Shown here one piece after another: positions 1 to 8,310 of a DNA stretch of 64,000 nt; positions within the stretch are counted from its first letter, which is position 1; each line of letters opens with the position of its first letter. The translations under genes were made by a program, and so were the position numbers. Under the pieces are notes generated by a model that made no database searches, was not told where the DNA came from, and saw only the letters and a list, made by a program, of their open reading frames with translations. Origin of the DNA: Gammaproteobacteria bacterium. GTDB taxonomy: Bacteria > Pseudomonadota > Gammaproteobacteria > CAJXQU01. The stretch lies in contig JALSRM010000037.1 in the NCBI GenBank assembly GCA_026984775.1, positions 49,604-113,603 of the forward strand. Direction: 5' to 3'.

Positions 1-455
1 GGGACGTGGTACATTTCGAGATACTGCATCCGTATCCGCAGTATCATGGGAAAGAGAATAACCGTTCGTGTGTACTTCTTGTCAGAAATCACTCTCATTC
101 ACTGCTTCTGCCGGGTGATATAGAAAAAACCGCAGAGGAGGATCTTGTCAGAAAGATGGGTAAGCGAGTGGATGTGGATGTGCTTGTTGCTCCTCATCAT
201 GGCAGTAAAACGTCCTCTTCGGATCAATTCATCGAAAGCGTCTCACCGGGATATGTTCTTTTCCCGGTAGGTTACCGTAATCGATACAACCATCCAGCGA
301 TCACGGTTATTAAAAAATACCGTAAGCGGGATATCAAATCGTTCGATACTGCCAGAGATGGTGCGATACAACTTTATTTTGGGGAGGATATTTCAATCCC
401 TGTTCTTTACCGTGTGGATCATGGTCATTTCTGGAATCGGGATCATGTAGAATAA
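1..455 (+). CDS. comEC: ComEC/Rec2 DNA-internalization competence protein, C-terminal metallo-beta-lactamase-like part (5' truncated by window edge)
   Basis: Translation contains VAPHHGSKTSSS, typical of the ComEC C-terminus; the ORF is open to the window start; comEC sits next to exbB-exbD-lpxK as in Pseudomonas. Confidence 0.65.
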   Translation, partial: DVVHFEILHPYPQYHGKENNRSCVLLVRNHSHSLLLPGDIEKTAEEDLVRKMGKRVDVDVLVAPHHGSKTSSSDQFIESVSPGYVLFPVGYRNRYNHPAITVIKKYRKRDIKSFDTARDGAIQLYFGEDISIPVLYRVDHGHFWNRDHVE

Positions 456-522
456 AACTTTTACTCAATTGCGGACTCTGATATGGTCTGCAGCCGCAAT
501 AACAGAAAGAGGGGAAGTTTAG

Positions 523-1275
523 GTGTTTGATTTCGTGAAAGCGGGTGGCATTCTGATGGCACCCATCCTGGTTTGTTCAGTGATCGCCCTTGCGATCATC
601 ATCGAACGTTCATTGGCATTAAGAACAAAAAAGATAATTCCGGAAAATCTCGTTGCACAAGTCTGGCAATGGGCCAAGGCCGGGCAGATCGACCCTAGGC
701 GTATTCACAGCCTGCGCACCGGATCTCCGCTAGGGAGAATTCTTGCCGCTGGACTGGTTAACATGCGGCATGATCGAGAGATCATGAAAGAAAGTATTGA
801 AGAAACCGGTCGACATGTGATTCATGATCTTGAACGTTACCTCAATACCCTCGGAACCATCGCTGCCATAACGCCTTTGCTCGGGTTGCTGGGTACGGTC
901 TTTGGCATGATCGAAGTCTTTTCTGCCATTACCAGTAAGGGTGTTGGTGATCCGACCGTGCTGGCAGGAGGCATCTCGAAAGCACTGATCACAACGGCTG
1001 CCGGTTTGTCCATTGCAATCCCATCTTTGATCTTCTACCGTTATTTCAAGGGTAAGATTGACGCACTGGTTGTCGCAATGGAGGAAGAAGCCCTGAAGCT
1101 TGTTGAGGTGATCCATGGTGAGAGAGAAGAAGAAGACAAAACTGCCGAAGGTCAGAGCCTGAAAGAAGATGAGCCGACTCAGGAACTTGAAAAACCAAAA
1201 ATTGTGAGAAAGAAAAAAGCATCTAGCCGTAGAACTGCAAATACCAAAAGCAGAAAGAGCAGGGAGACTGGATGA
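523..1275 (+). CDS. exbB: MotA/TolQ/ExbB proton-channel family protein with acidic/basic C-terminal tail
   Basis: N-terminal TM helices and the GLLGTVxGM motif region typical of ExbB/TolQ; followed by an exbD-like gene with a 4-bp ATGA overlap. Confidence 0.8.
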   Translation: MFDFVKAGGILMAPILVCSVIALAIIIERSLALRTKKIIPENLVAQVWQWAKAGQIDPRRIHSLRTGSPLGRILAAGLVNMRHDREIMKESIEETGRHVIHDLERYLNTLGTIAAITPLLGLLGTVFGMIEVFSAITSKGVGDPTVLAGGISKALITTAAGLSIAIPSLIFYRYFKGKIDALVVAMEEEALKLVEVIHGEREEEDKTAEGQSLKEDEPTQELEKPKIVRKKKASSRRTANTKSRKSRETG

Positions 1276-1700
1276 TGAATTTTCGACCTAAAAATGACAA
1301 TGATGATGTCGATCTGAACCTGACTCCCCTGATCGATGTGGTGTTTCTTCTGTTGATCTTTTTTATGGTTTCGACGACTTTCATCAAGGAATCCGAGCTA
1401 AAGATCGATCTGCCAGAAGCCAGTGCCACGGCAACTCCGGAAGAGAAAAAAGCCATCAAAATCTCTATCGATGCCAAAGGTCGCTATTTCGTTAACGAAA
1501 TACCTTTGGTGAATACACAAATAGAAACACTGGAAAAAGCTATCAAGAAGGCAGCAGGGGATAATCCGGATCCTACGATCATCATCAATGCAGATGCGGA
1601 GACGACTCACCAGTCCGTGATCAATGTACTCGATACTGCACGCCGTCTGAATTATCTACGTATTACCTTTGCAACGGAGCGAAAAAAAGACGATTCATAA
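1272..1700 (+). CDS. exbD: Biopolymer transport protein ExbD/TolR
   Basis: 142 aa with a single N-terminal TM (LTPLIDVVFLLLIFFMV), the ExbD signature; translationally coupled to exbB. Confidence 0.8.
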   Translation: MMNFRPKNDNDDVDLNLTPLIDVVFLLLIFFMVSTTFIKESELKIDLPEASATATPEEKKAIKISIDAKGRYFVNEIPLVNTQIETLEKAIKKAAGDNPDPTIIINADAETTHQSVINVLDTARRLNYLRITFATERKKDDS

Positions 1701-1712
1701 CAAATTCCGATC

Positions 1713-2702
1713 ATGAACAGGCTGGAACAGATCTGGTATCAGGCAAAGTCTCATCCGTTGAGTCTGTTGTTGGCACCTTTTGGCTGGATCTATTGTCTTA
1801 CTTCTGTCTTGCGTCGAAAATTTTATCAAAGTGGCCTCTTGCATTCAGAAAAACTGCCAGTGCCGGTTTTCATTGTTGGAAACATTACCGCAGGTGGGAC
1901 TGGTAAGACGCCCCTGGTCATCTGGTTGATCCAATTCCTGGAGAAACAGGGGCTTAATCCGGGCATCATCAGCCGAGGTTATGGAGGAAAAGCAAAAGAC
2001 TGGCCTCAGGAGGTCAGTGAAGAGAGCGATCCTGTTCTGGTTGGCGATGAGCCAGTGGTCATCGCCAGGAACACTCAAAGCCCCCTCTACGTGGCACCCG
2101 ACAGAGTGGAAGCCGGTAAAAGGCTGCTCCAACAACATAACTGCGATATCATTGTGTGTGACGATGGTCTGCAACATTATTCACTGCATAGGGATTTTGA
2201 AATCTGTGTGATCGACGGGACACGACGCCATGGGAACCAGCGCTGTTTGCCTGCCGGCCCTCTCAGAGAGCCTGTTTCCAGGCTTCATACCGTGGATGCA
2301 ATTGTGTGTAATGGTAGCGGGTTTACCGGGGAATATCGTATGAGGCTTGAGCTACTAGGCATTCGTCAGATTCGGGGAACCGGGACAAAAACATTCGAAG
2401 ATTTCCGGGAGCAGAAAGTCCATGTTGTTGCAGGGATCGGCAATCCTAAACGTTTTTTCGATTCTTTGCGTGGAAAAGGGCTTGATATCATTGAACATCC
2501 GTTTCCCGATCATGCCGCTTACCGTGCAGAAGATTTTAATTTCAGCGATCATTACCCCATCATCATGACAGAAAAAGATGCGGTAAAATGTGTTCAATTC
2601 GCTGAGGATCATTTTTGGTATGTCGCCGTCGAAGCGGTCTTGCCTGAAACATTTGAATTCCGACTTTCCAAGAAATTAAAAGAACTTAAAGCGCATGGAT
2701 AA
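1713..2702 (+). CDS. lpxK: Tetraacyldisaccharide 4'-kinase
   Basis: P-loop [12 protein letters not shown] and overall LpxK-like sequence; exbBD-lpxK-ycaR-kdsB synteny. Confidence 0.9.
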   Translation: MNRLEQIWYQAKSHPLSLLLAPFGWIYCLTSVLRRKFYQSGLLHSEKLPVPVFIVGNITAGGTGKTPLVIWLIQFLEKQGLNPGIISRGYGGKAKDWPQEVSEESDPVLVGDEPVVIARNTQSPLYVAPDRVEAGKRLLQQHNCDIIVCDDGLQHYSLHRDFEICVIDGTRRHGNQRCLPAGPLREPVSRLHTVDAIVCNGSGFTGEYRMRLELLGIRQIRGTGTKTFEDFREQKVHVVAGIGNPKRFFDSLRGKGLDIIEHPFPDHAAYRAEDFNFSDHYPIIMTEKDAVKCVQFAEDHFWYVAVEAVLPETFEFRLSKKLKELKAHG

Positions 2703-2892
2703 AAAATTACTGGAAATCCTCGTTTGCCCTGTGACCAAGGGACCGTTGATCTACGACAAAAAGAAACAGGAGCTGATATCGCTCTCGGCCAGACTCGCCT
2801 ATCCAATAAGAGATGATATCCCTGTCATGTTAGAGGATGAAGCCCGTATTCTCAGCAATGAAGAGGTTGAGGCCTGGCGTCGTAAAAAATAG
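2695..2892 (+). CDS. Trm112/YcaR family small protein (UPF0434)
   Basis: 65 aa with [18 protein letters not shown], the conserved YcaR N-terminus; overlaps the lpxK stop and lies between lpxK and kdsB as in many gammaproteobacteria. Confidence 0.8.
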   Translation: MDKKLLEILVCPVTKGPLIYDKKKQELISLSARLAYPIRDDIPVMLEDEARILSNEEVEAWRRKK

Positions 2893-2894
2893 CC

Positions 2895-3653
2895 GTGTCT
2901 TATCGAATCATCATCCCCGCACGTTATCAGTCCAGTCGATTGCCTGGAAAGCCTTTGCTCGATATTCATGGCAAGCCATTGATTCAGCATGTCTATGAAT
3001 GTGCATGCAAAAGTACCGCCAAGGATGTGATCATTGCTACCGATGATCAAAGAATCGAAGAAGCAGTAAAGCGATTCGATGCTAAGTGTTGCATGACGGG
3101 ACGTGAACATCCTTCAGGCACCGATCGGCTTGCGGAAGTTGTAGAGTTGTTTGGAATAGCTGACACTGAGATCATTGTCAACCTACAGGGAGACGAACCA
3201 ATGATGCCTGCAGGGTTACTTGATCAAGTGGCGATGTCACTGGAAAACACTCCTGATGCTGCAATGTCAACACTCTGCGAGGTTATTCAGACGCCGGACG
3301 AAGTCTTTGATCCGGATATTGTAAAGGTGATTTTTGATCAATCCGGTTCTGCACTCTATTTCAGTCGAGCTCCAATTCCTTGGGCAAGGGGAGCCTACGA
3401 CGAGCAAAATCGGAGCCGGATATCTGTAAACAATAGCTTTCGTCACATCGGTCTCTATGCCTATCGTGCCGGGTTTTTAAGGAGGTACCCACAATTGCCC
3501 GCCTGCCAGCTCGAACAGCAAGAAGCACTTGAACAATTACGGGCGCTCTACCATGGTTTTAGGATTCAGGTCGAAATTGCAGCTGAACCAGCAGGGGTTG
3601 GCGTGGATACACCAGCAGATTTGGACAAGGTACGAGAAATGTTGAAAGCATGA
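2895..3653 (+). CDS. kdsB: 3-deoxy-manno-octulosonate cytidylyltransferase (CMP-KDO synthetase)
   Basis: N-terminal IIPARYQSSRLPGKPL, a nucleotidyltransferase motif typical of KdsB; about 250 aa. Confidence 0.9.
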   Translation: MSYRIIIPARYQSSRLPGKPLLDIHGKPLIQHVYECACKSTAKDVIIATDDQRIEEAVKRFDAKCCMTGREHPSGTDRLAEVVELFGIADTEIIVNLQGDEPMMPAGLLDQVAMSLENTPDAAMSTLCEVIQTPDEVFDPDIVKVIFDQSGSALYFSRAPIPWARGAYDEQNRSRISVNNSFRHIGLYAYRAGFLRRYPQLPACQLEQQEALEQLRALYHGFRIQVEIAAEPAGVGVDTPADLDKVREMLKA

Positions 3654-3672
3654 AAACCTTTCAGAGGTTTTT
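3654..3672 (+). terminator. Weak hairpin (AAACCT-ttcag-AGGTTT) followed by a T-rich run, after the kdsB stop
   Basis: Inverted repeat read directly from the sequence; the stem is AT-rich, so the call is weak. Confidence 0.3.
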
Positions 3673-3833
3673 CCGTCTCTTGATAACACTCTGAAGGACC
3701 AGAGGCTCATGAAGCAATTCTGTTAACTACTGCAAATACAGAACTGTTGAACACCAGTTTCCTGTCCGAACAGCGCTATAATGCACTTTATCAGACTAGA
3801 CAAGGATATTGTTAACGGGAGGTAATAAAAAAT

Positions 3834-4115
3834 ATGCTTATCAATCCGGTGGATCAGAATGACCTGACGATGCGGTTTCACCGTGCACCACAAGGAAAAA
3901 TCGCCATAGCCTTTGATTGGTTAGGTGTAATCTCACTGGCTATTTCCGTGTTGGCGTTGATTGGCTATTGGCTTGTCTATTCGCTCGAGCTCGAAGGCCT
4001 CACTCTGAAAATTTGTCTCACAGCATTAAATATTTCTATTATCTCCTTTGTTTCAGCACGACTGGTCGAACTGGCAGACAGGGTGCTCAGAATATCCAAC
4101 CGGGATCACCAGTAA
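3834..4115 (+). CDS. Hypothetical small membrane protein (two predicted TM helices)
   Basis: GGGAGG Shine-Dalgarno about 11 nt upstream; TATAAT at 3777-3782 upstream; hydrophobic segments; no recognisable family. Confidence 0.4.
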   Translation: MLINPVDQNDLTMRFHRAPQGKIAIAFDWLGVISLAISVLALIGYWLVYSLELEGLTLKICLTALNISIISFVSARLVELADRVLRISNRDHQ

Positions 4116-4159
4116 ACGATCAGGATATTCAGAGTGGTACAATTGGTTCGGAAGTCAAA

Positions 4160-4681
4160 TTGCAACGACTAGCGGAAAAAAGGCGAAGGAAACAACGAAT
4201 CCTGACCGTTTGTACTGGGAACATATGTCGATCACCGACAGCACAGGTTGTTCTGCAGAAGAAGTTTGAAGAGGCAGGTCTTGGGGACATGTTTGAGTTT
4301 GATTCTGCGGGAACCCAGGCCATTACAAGAGCAGGAGATCCACCTGATGCAGATGCTATTGCAGCCGCCGCCAGGCGTAACTACCGTCTTGTCGGATTAA
4401 AAGCCAGACAGTTTGAACTGAGTGATTTCCACGATTTTGACTATATCCTGGCAATGGATAAGGAGAACTACCGGCATCTACTCTATATTCGCCCGCAAAA
4501 TGCGAGGGCACAGTTACGTCTGTATCTGAGCTTTATTCCCTCACTGGCGAGTTCAGATGTTCCTGATCCCTATCGTCGCCGAAAAGCTGCGTTTGAAAAG
4601 TCGCTCGATTTGATCGAACTGGGGGCGGGTGCAATTGTTGAGGCGTTACGTGCCAGAGAAGGCCTTGCCGGACGGAGGTAG
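4160..4681 (+). CDS. Low-molecular-weight protein-tyrosine phosphatase (start uncertain, probably non-ATG)
   Basis: CX5R active site ILTVCTGNICRSPTAQ and a DPY motif; no in-frame ATG near the catalytic loop; TTG at 4160 preceded by GGAAG; the 254-aa ATG-started ORF 3917..4681 would overlap the upstream gene. Confidence 0.65.
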   Translation: MQRLAEKRRRKQRILTVCTGNICRSPTAQVVLQKKFEEAGLGDMFEFDSAGTQAITRAGDPPDADAIAAAARRNYRLVGLKARQFELSDFHDFDYILAMDKENYRHLLYIRPQNARAQLRLYLSFIPSLASSDVPDPYRRRKAAFEKSLDLIELGAGAIVEALRAREGLAGRR

Positions 4682-4694
4682 GACAGGCAAACAG

Positions 4695-4707
4695 AGCCAT
4701 ATTGGCT
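4695..4707 (-). terminator. Possible weak hairpin (AGCCA-tat-TGGCT) downstream of infA
   Basis: Short inverted repeat between the convergent ptp and infA genes; followed on the minus strand by CTGTTTG. Confidence 0.2.
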
Positions 4708-4723
4708 AAAACGGCAGCAGAGG

Positions 4724-4942
4724 TTAACGGGCACGATAAGTGATTCTACCCTTGGTCAGATCATAGGGTGTAAGTTCTACAGTGACTTTGTCACCGGTAA
4801 GAATACGAATGTAATGCTTGCGCATTTTCCCTGAAATATGTGCGGTCACAACATGTCCGTTTTCGAGCTCAACCTTGAATGTAGTGTTCGGGAGTGTCTC
4901 GATTACAGTCCCTTCCATCTGAATATTTTCTTCTTTGGCCAT
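4724..4942 (-). CDS. infA: Translation initiation factor IF-1
   Basis: 72-aa protein reading [18 protein letters not shown]...RITYR, near identical to bacterial IF-1. Confidence 0.95.
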   Translation of the reverse strand: MAKEENIQMEGTVIETLPNTTFKVELENGHVVTAHISGKMRKHYIRILTGDKVTVELTPYDLTKGRITYRAR

Positions 4943-5008
4943 AGATAATTCCTCATTGGTTAAACGGGTAATTTTGCACTAAAAAATAAATTTGAGCAAA
5001 ATTTGTCG

Positions 5009-5734
5009 TCATTTATCCCAATGTCCACAAGTAAAACGCTGTTGTGGTTTGAATTCACGTTTGTAGCTCATTTTTTTACATTCCTCGATCCAGTAGCCGA
5101 GATAAAGCCAGTTTAGTCCCAAGTGTTTTGCATGTTCGATTTCATAGAGAATTGTATATCGGCCCAGACTGCGATGGGCGAGATCTGGATCGTAGAAGGT
5201 ATAAACTGCAGAGAGACCATCATCCAGCACATCTATGACCGCAACAGCTGCAAGTTGTTCCTCCAATCGGAATTCCAGGAAGTGTGTCTCCGACCAGTCA
5301 CCGATCAGGAATCGTTGATAATTCTCCTTGTTTGGGTTATCCATGCCACCTTTTGCATGGCGGGCTGAAATGTACTTTCGGTAGAGTTCGAAATGTTCCT
5401 GACGAAATTCAGCTGGCAAAACGATCGTTTCTAGGTCCCTGTTTTTCCTCCAGGTTCTACGCTGATTACGGTTAGGTTGGAACAACCTTACCGGTACTCG
5501 AACGGAAACACAGGCATTGCACTGGGCGCATTCGGGTCGATAGATAAATTCGCCGCTACGACGGAAACCATGTCTCGACAGAATACTGTACAGGTGCTTG
5601 TTTTTAGGCATATCAGGATCGACAAAGACCGTTGTCGCTATCCGATCTGGAAGATAACCGCAAGCATGAGATGGAGTTGCAAAAAAATTAATATTGACTG
5701 CGTTCTCTATCGAAGTCATTCTGTAATTTTCCAA
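5009..5734 (-). CDS. bpt: Arginyl-tRNA--protein transferase family protein (bacterial Bpt, aspartate/glutamate leucyltransferase)
   Basis: ATE N- and C-domain-like sequence (CGYLPDR...YRP.C..C..C); aat-bpt-infA order. Confidence 0.8.
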   Translation of the reverse strand: MENYRMTSIENAVNINFFATPSHACGYLPDRIATTVFVDPDMPKNKHLYSILSRHGFRRSGEFIYRPECAQCNACVSVRVPVRLFQPNRNQRRTWRKNRDLETIVLPAEFRQEHFELYRKYISARHAKGGMDNPNKENYQRFLIGDWSETHFLEFRLEEQLAAVAVIDVLDDGLSAVYTFYDPDLAHRSLGRYTILYEIEHAKHLGLNWLYLGYWIEECKKMSYKREFKPQQRFTCGHWDK

Positions 5735-6423
5735 GCCTGGTCTGAAGGATCTTGTGTACAGGCGCGTTCGAGTATGGATTTGAACAAAGCTCTTGGTATC
5801 AATTCAGCTCCCATCCTTCTAAGGTGATCGCTGTCAACCTGACAGTCAATCAATTCATAATCCCATTGTTGAAGCAAACTACACAGCTTGACCAGACAGA
5901 CTTTTGATGCATCAGTGATTCTGCTAAACATGGATTCACCAAAAAATACCCTGCCGATTGCAAGACCGTACAGACCACCAACAAGTTCACTGTCAAACCA
6001 GCACTCGATGGAATGTGCATAACCCATCAAATGCAAATTTGTGTATGCTTCTATCATCTCACCGGTTAGCCAGGTTCCCCGCTGATCCCGCCTCGGACTC
6101 GAGCATTCAGTGATGACCTCATTGAATGCACTGTCCCATGTGATTTTGAAGGTGTTTTTCTTCAAGGTACGTTTCAGGCTGCGGGAAATATGGATCCGAT
6201 CAGGATATAAAATTGCCCGGGGGTTTGGGGACCACCAGAGAATCGGTTGCTGATCGTCATACCAAGGGAAGATCCCATGTTGGTAGGCTTCCAGAAGCCT
6301 TTCCGGGCTGAGATCACCACCTGCTGCCAGTAATCCATTGGGTTCTTCGAGAGCATCGCTGATGTCAGGAAATCCCCTTTTATAGCGATCAGCAACAAAC
6401 CAGTAGAGCGTGGTTTCTTCCAT
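5716..6423 (-). CDS. aat: Leucyl/phenylalanyl-tRNA--protein transferase
   Basis: EPNGLLAAGGDLSPERLLEAYQHGIFPW is a typical Aat sequence; start chosen at MEETTLYW (ATG complement at 6421-6423) because the longer ORF to 6513 would overlap the divergent gene. Confidence 0.8.
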   Translation of the reverse strand: MEETTLYWFVADRYKRGFPDISDALEEPNGLLAAGGDLSPERLLEAYQHGIFPWYDDQQPILWWSPNPRAILYPDRIHISRSLKRTLKKNTFKITWDSAFNEVITECSSPRRDQRGTWLTGEMIEAYTNLHLMGYAHSIECWFDSELVGGLYGLAIGRVFFGESMFSRITDASKVCLVKLCSLLQQWDYELIDCQVDSDHLRRMGAELIPRALFKSILERACTQDPSDQAWKITE

Positions 6424-6443
6424 ACCGAATTGATCGTAGCATA

Positions 6444-7442
6444 GTGTCAATGAAACGCAGACACTTTCTCGATTTGTCAATGAAAAGTGCAGTATTGGCC
6501 GGTTTTGCTGCAAAGCCGTTCAGGCTGCTCGCTGAATCAGAAAAATCTTCAACCGGTCTGGTCTTGGACGATGGTTTCATACATCACCATATATCGCCAG
6601 GTCATCCTGAATCACCCCAACGATATCAAGCGATTAAACAAGAATTTGTGGAACAAGACCTGATTGCCAGAACCTCTGCCATATCCCCAAGAGATGATGT
6701 GGATCAGTGGCTTAGGTTGGTTCATACCAGAAATCATATCGCTTCGATTAAAAAACTGGATAACCACACCCATCATGATGCTTCTCTGGCCACTGCCGGA
6801 ATTCTGGCAGCGGTGGATCAAGTCTGCTCAGGTAGAATCAGGAACGCCTTCTGTGCAACACGGCCTCCTGGTCATCATGCCAGGAATACCGGCCAGGAAG
6901 AAGGGTTCTGTTATTATAACCATGTTGCGATCGCCGCCCGATATGCCCAGAAAAACTATCCTCTGAAAAAAATTCTCATTGTCGATTGGGACTATCATCA
7001 TGGAAACGGGACGGAAGAGACATTCTATGCGGACCCCAGTGTGCTCTTTTTTTCCACACATGATTATAACGCTTATCCTGGTACTGGTAATCCAGCAAAA
7101 AGAGGTGTCGGTAAAGGGGAAGGCTACAATATCAATGTGCATATGGATTGTGGCGCTGGTGACGAAGACTTTATTAAGGTCTTCAATAGGATCCTGCTTC
7201 CTGCAGCAGAGGTTTTTGCACCGGACCTTATTCTGATCTCTGCTGGTTTTGACAGCCGTAAAGAAGATCTTCTTGGTTGTCATGAGGTCACCGATCAGGG
7301 GTTTTCGCATCTTACGCAAATCGTCATGCAGATTGCCGAAAGGCACTGTGATGGGCGTATAGTTTCACTTCTTGAAGGTGGGTACAACATCAGGGGAAAT
7401 GCCAAGGCGGCCGCTGCCCATCTAAATACACTGATGCTGTGA
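6444..7442 (+). CDS. Histone deacetylase-family amidohydrolase (acetylpolyamine/acetoin-utilisation type) with predicted Tat signal peptide
   Basis: DWDYHHGNGT and other HDAC-fold motifs; the N-terminus MSMKRRHFLDLS..AVLAGFAA fits a twin-arginine signal. Confidence 0.7.
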   Translation: MSMKRRHFLDLSMKSAVLAGFAAKPFRLLAESEKSSTGLVLDDGFIHHHISPGHPESPQRYQAIKQEFVEQDLIARTSAISPRDDVDQWLRLVHTRNHIASIKKLDNHTHHDASLATAGILAAVDQVCSGRIRNAFCATRPPGHHARNTGQEEGFCYYNHVAIAARYAQKNYPLKKILIVDWDYHHGNGTEETFYADPSVLFFSTHDYNAYPGTGNPAKRGVGKGEGYNINVHMDCGAGDEDFIKVFNRILLPAAEVFAPDLILISAGFDSRKEDLLGCHEVTDQGFSHLTQIVMQIAERHCDGRIVSLLEGGYNIRGNAKAAAAHLNTLML

Positions 7443-7449
7443 TTGGTTG

Positions 7450-8268
7450 CTATTTTTGTCGTGTCGGTGACATTTCGTGAATGATCCGTGCGGCGATTTC
7501 TTCTATCGATTGTTTGGTTGTATCAAGATATGGGATCCGTTCTATTTGGTACATCTCTTCCGCACTTTTGACTTCCTTCCTGCACTGGTTAATGGATGCA
7601 TACTTGCTTCCTGGACGTCTTTGCTCTCTGATACGTTGAAGTCGTTCCGGTTTGATCGTCAGACCAATGATATTGTGACGGAAAGGGCGTAATAGGTCCG
7701 GAAGGCGAGATGTTTCAAGATCTTCTTCTGTCAGTGGATAGTTGGCTGCCTTGATTGAATATTGCATCGCTAGATAGATACAGGTTGGTGTTTTACCGCT
7801 ACGCGAAACACCAATAATGATGATATCTGCCAGCTGCAGGTTATTTATATGGGTTCCGTCGTCATGATGGAGTGTAAAATTGATCGCATCAATCCGTTTT
7901 TCATAAGCTGAATGGTTGGTCAATCCGTGTGATTTTCCCGTGAGATAGGAAGACTGTATACCAAGTTCCGCCTCCAATGGTTTGATATAAGTAGAAAATA
8001 GATCAAATACCCTGGCTTTGGCATTTTCTATCAGTTGTTGGGCAAATTCCGGATTTGACATGGTGGCAAAGACGATTGGACGGCTGCCAGTGTCATCATG
8101 GATCTGGTTGATTTTGTCAATTACTTTTGCCAGCCTATCGGATGTATTTGCAAAAGGTATGGAGATTCGTTCGAATTCGAAAGACTCGAACTGTGTTAGG
8201 AGTGCATGGCCGACAGTTTCTGCGGTGATTCCAGTACCGTCTGACACGAAGAAAACAGTTCGTTTCAT
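7450..8268 (-). CDS. ppsR: Phosphoenolpyruvate synthase regulatory protein (PSRP, DUF299 kinase/phosphotransferase)
   Basis: P-loop GVSRSGKTPTCIYLA; 272 aa; divergent from ppsA as in enterics and pseudomonads. Confidence 0.85.
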   Translation of the reverse strand: MKRTVFFVSDGTGITAETVGHALLTQFESFEFERISIPFANTSDRLAKVIDKINQIHDDTGSRPIVFATMSNPEFAQQLIENAKARVFDLFSTYIKPLEAELGIQSSYLTGKSHGLTNHSAYEKRIDAINFTLHHDDGTHINNLQLADIIIIGVSRSGKTPTCIYLAMQYSIKAANYPLTEEDLETSRLPDLLRPFRHNIIGLTIKPERLQRIREQRRPGSKYASINQCRKEVKSAEEMYQIERIPYLDTTKQSIEEIAARIIHEMSPTRQK

Positions 8269-8310
8269 CTGCCACCTGCCATAAAGGATTCCTGAAAAGG
8301 AGCATTATAT

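Noticed and set aside
3777-3782. TATAAT hexamer as a defined promoter for the small membrane-protein gene
   Set aside because: No convincing -35 element at 16-18 bp spacing. It is mentioned in the feature evidence but not called as a separate feature.
6424-6513. Longer aat ORF starting at 6513
   Set aside because: It would overlap the divergent HDAC-like gene start by about 70 bp. Aat homology begins only at MEETTLYW.
6828-7346. 172-aa minus-strand ORF inside the HDAC-like gene
   Set aside because: It is antisense to a frame carrying canonical HDAC motifs.
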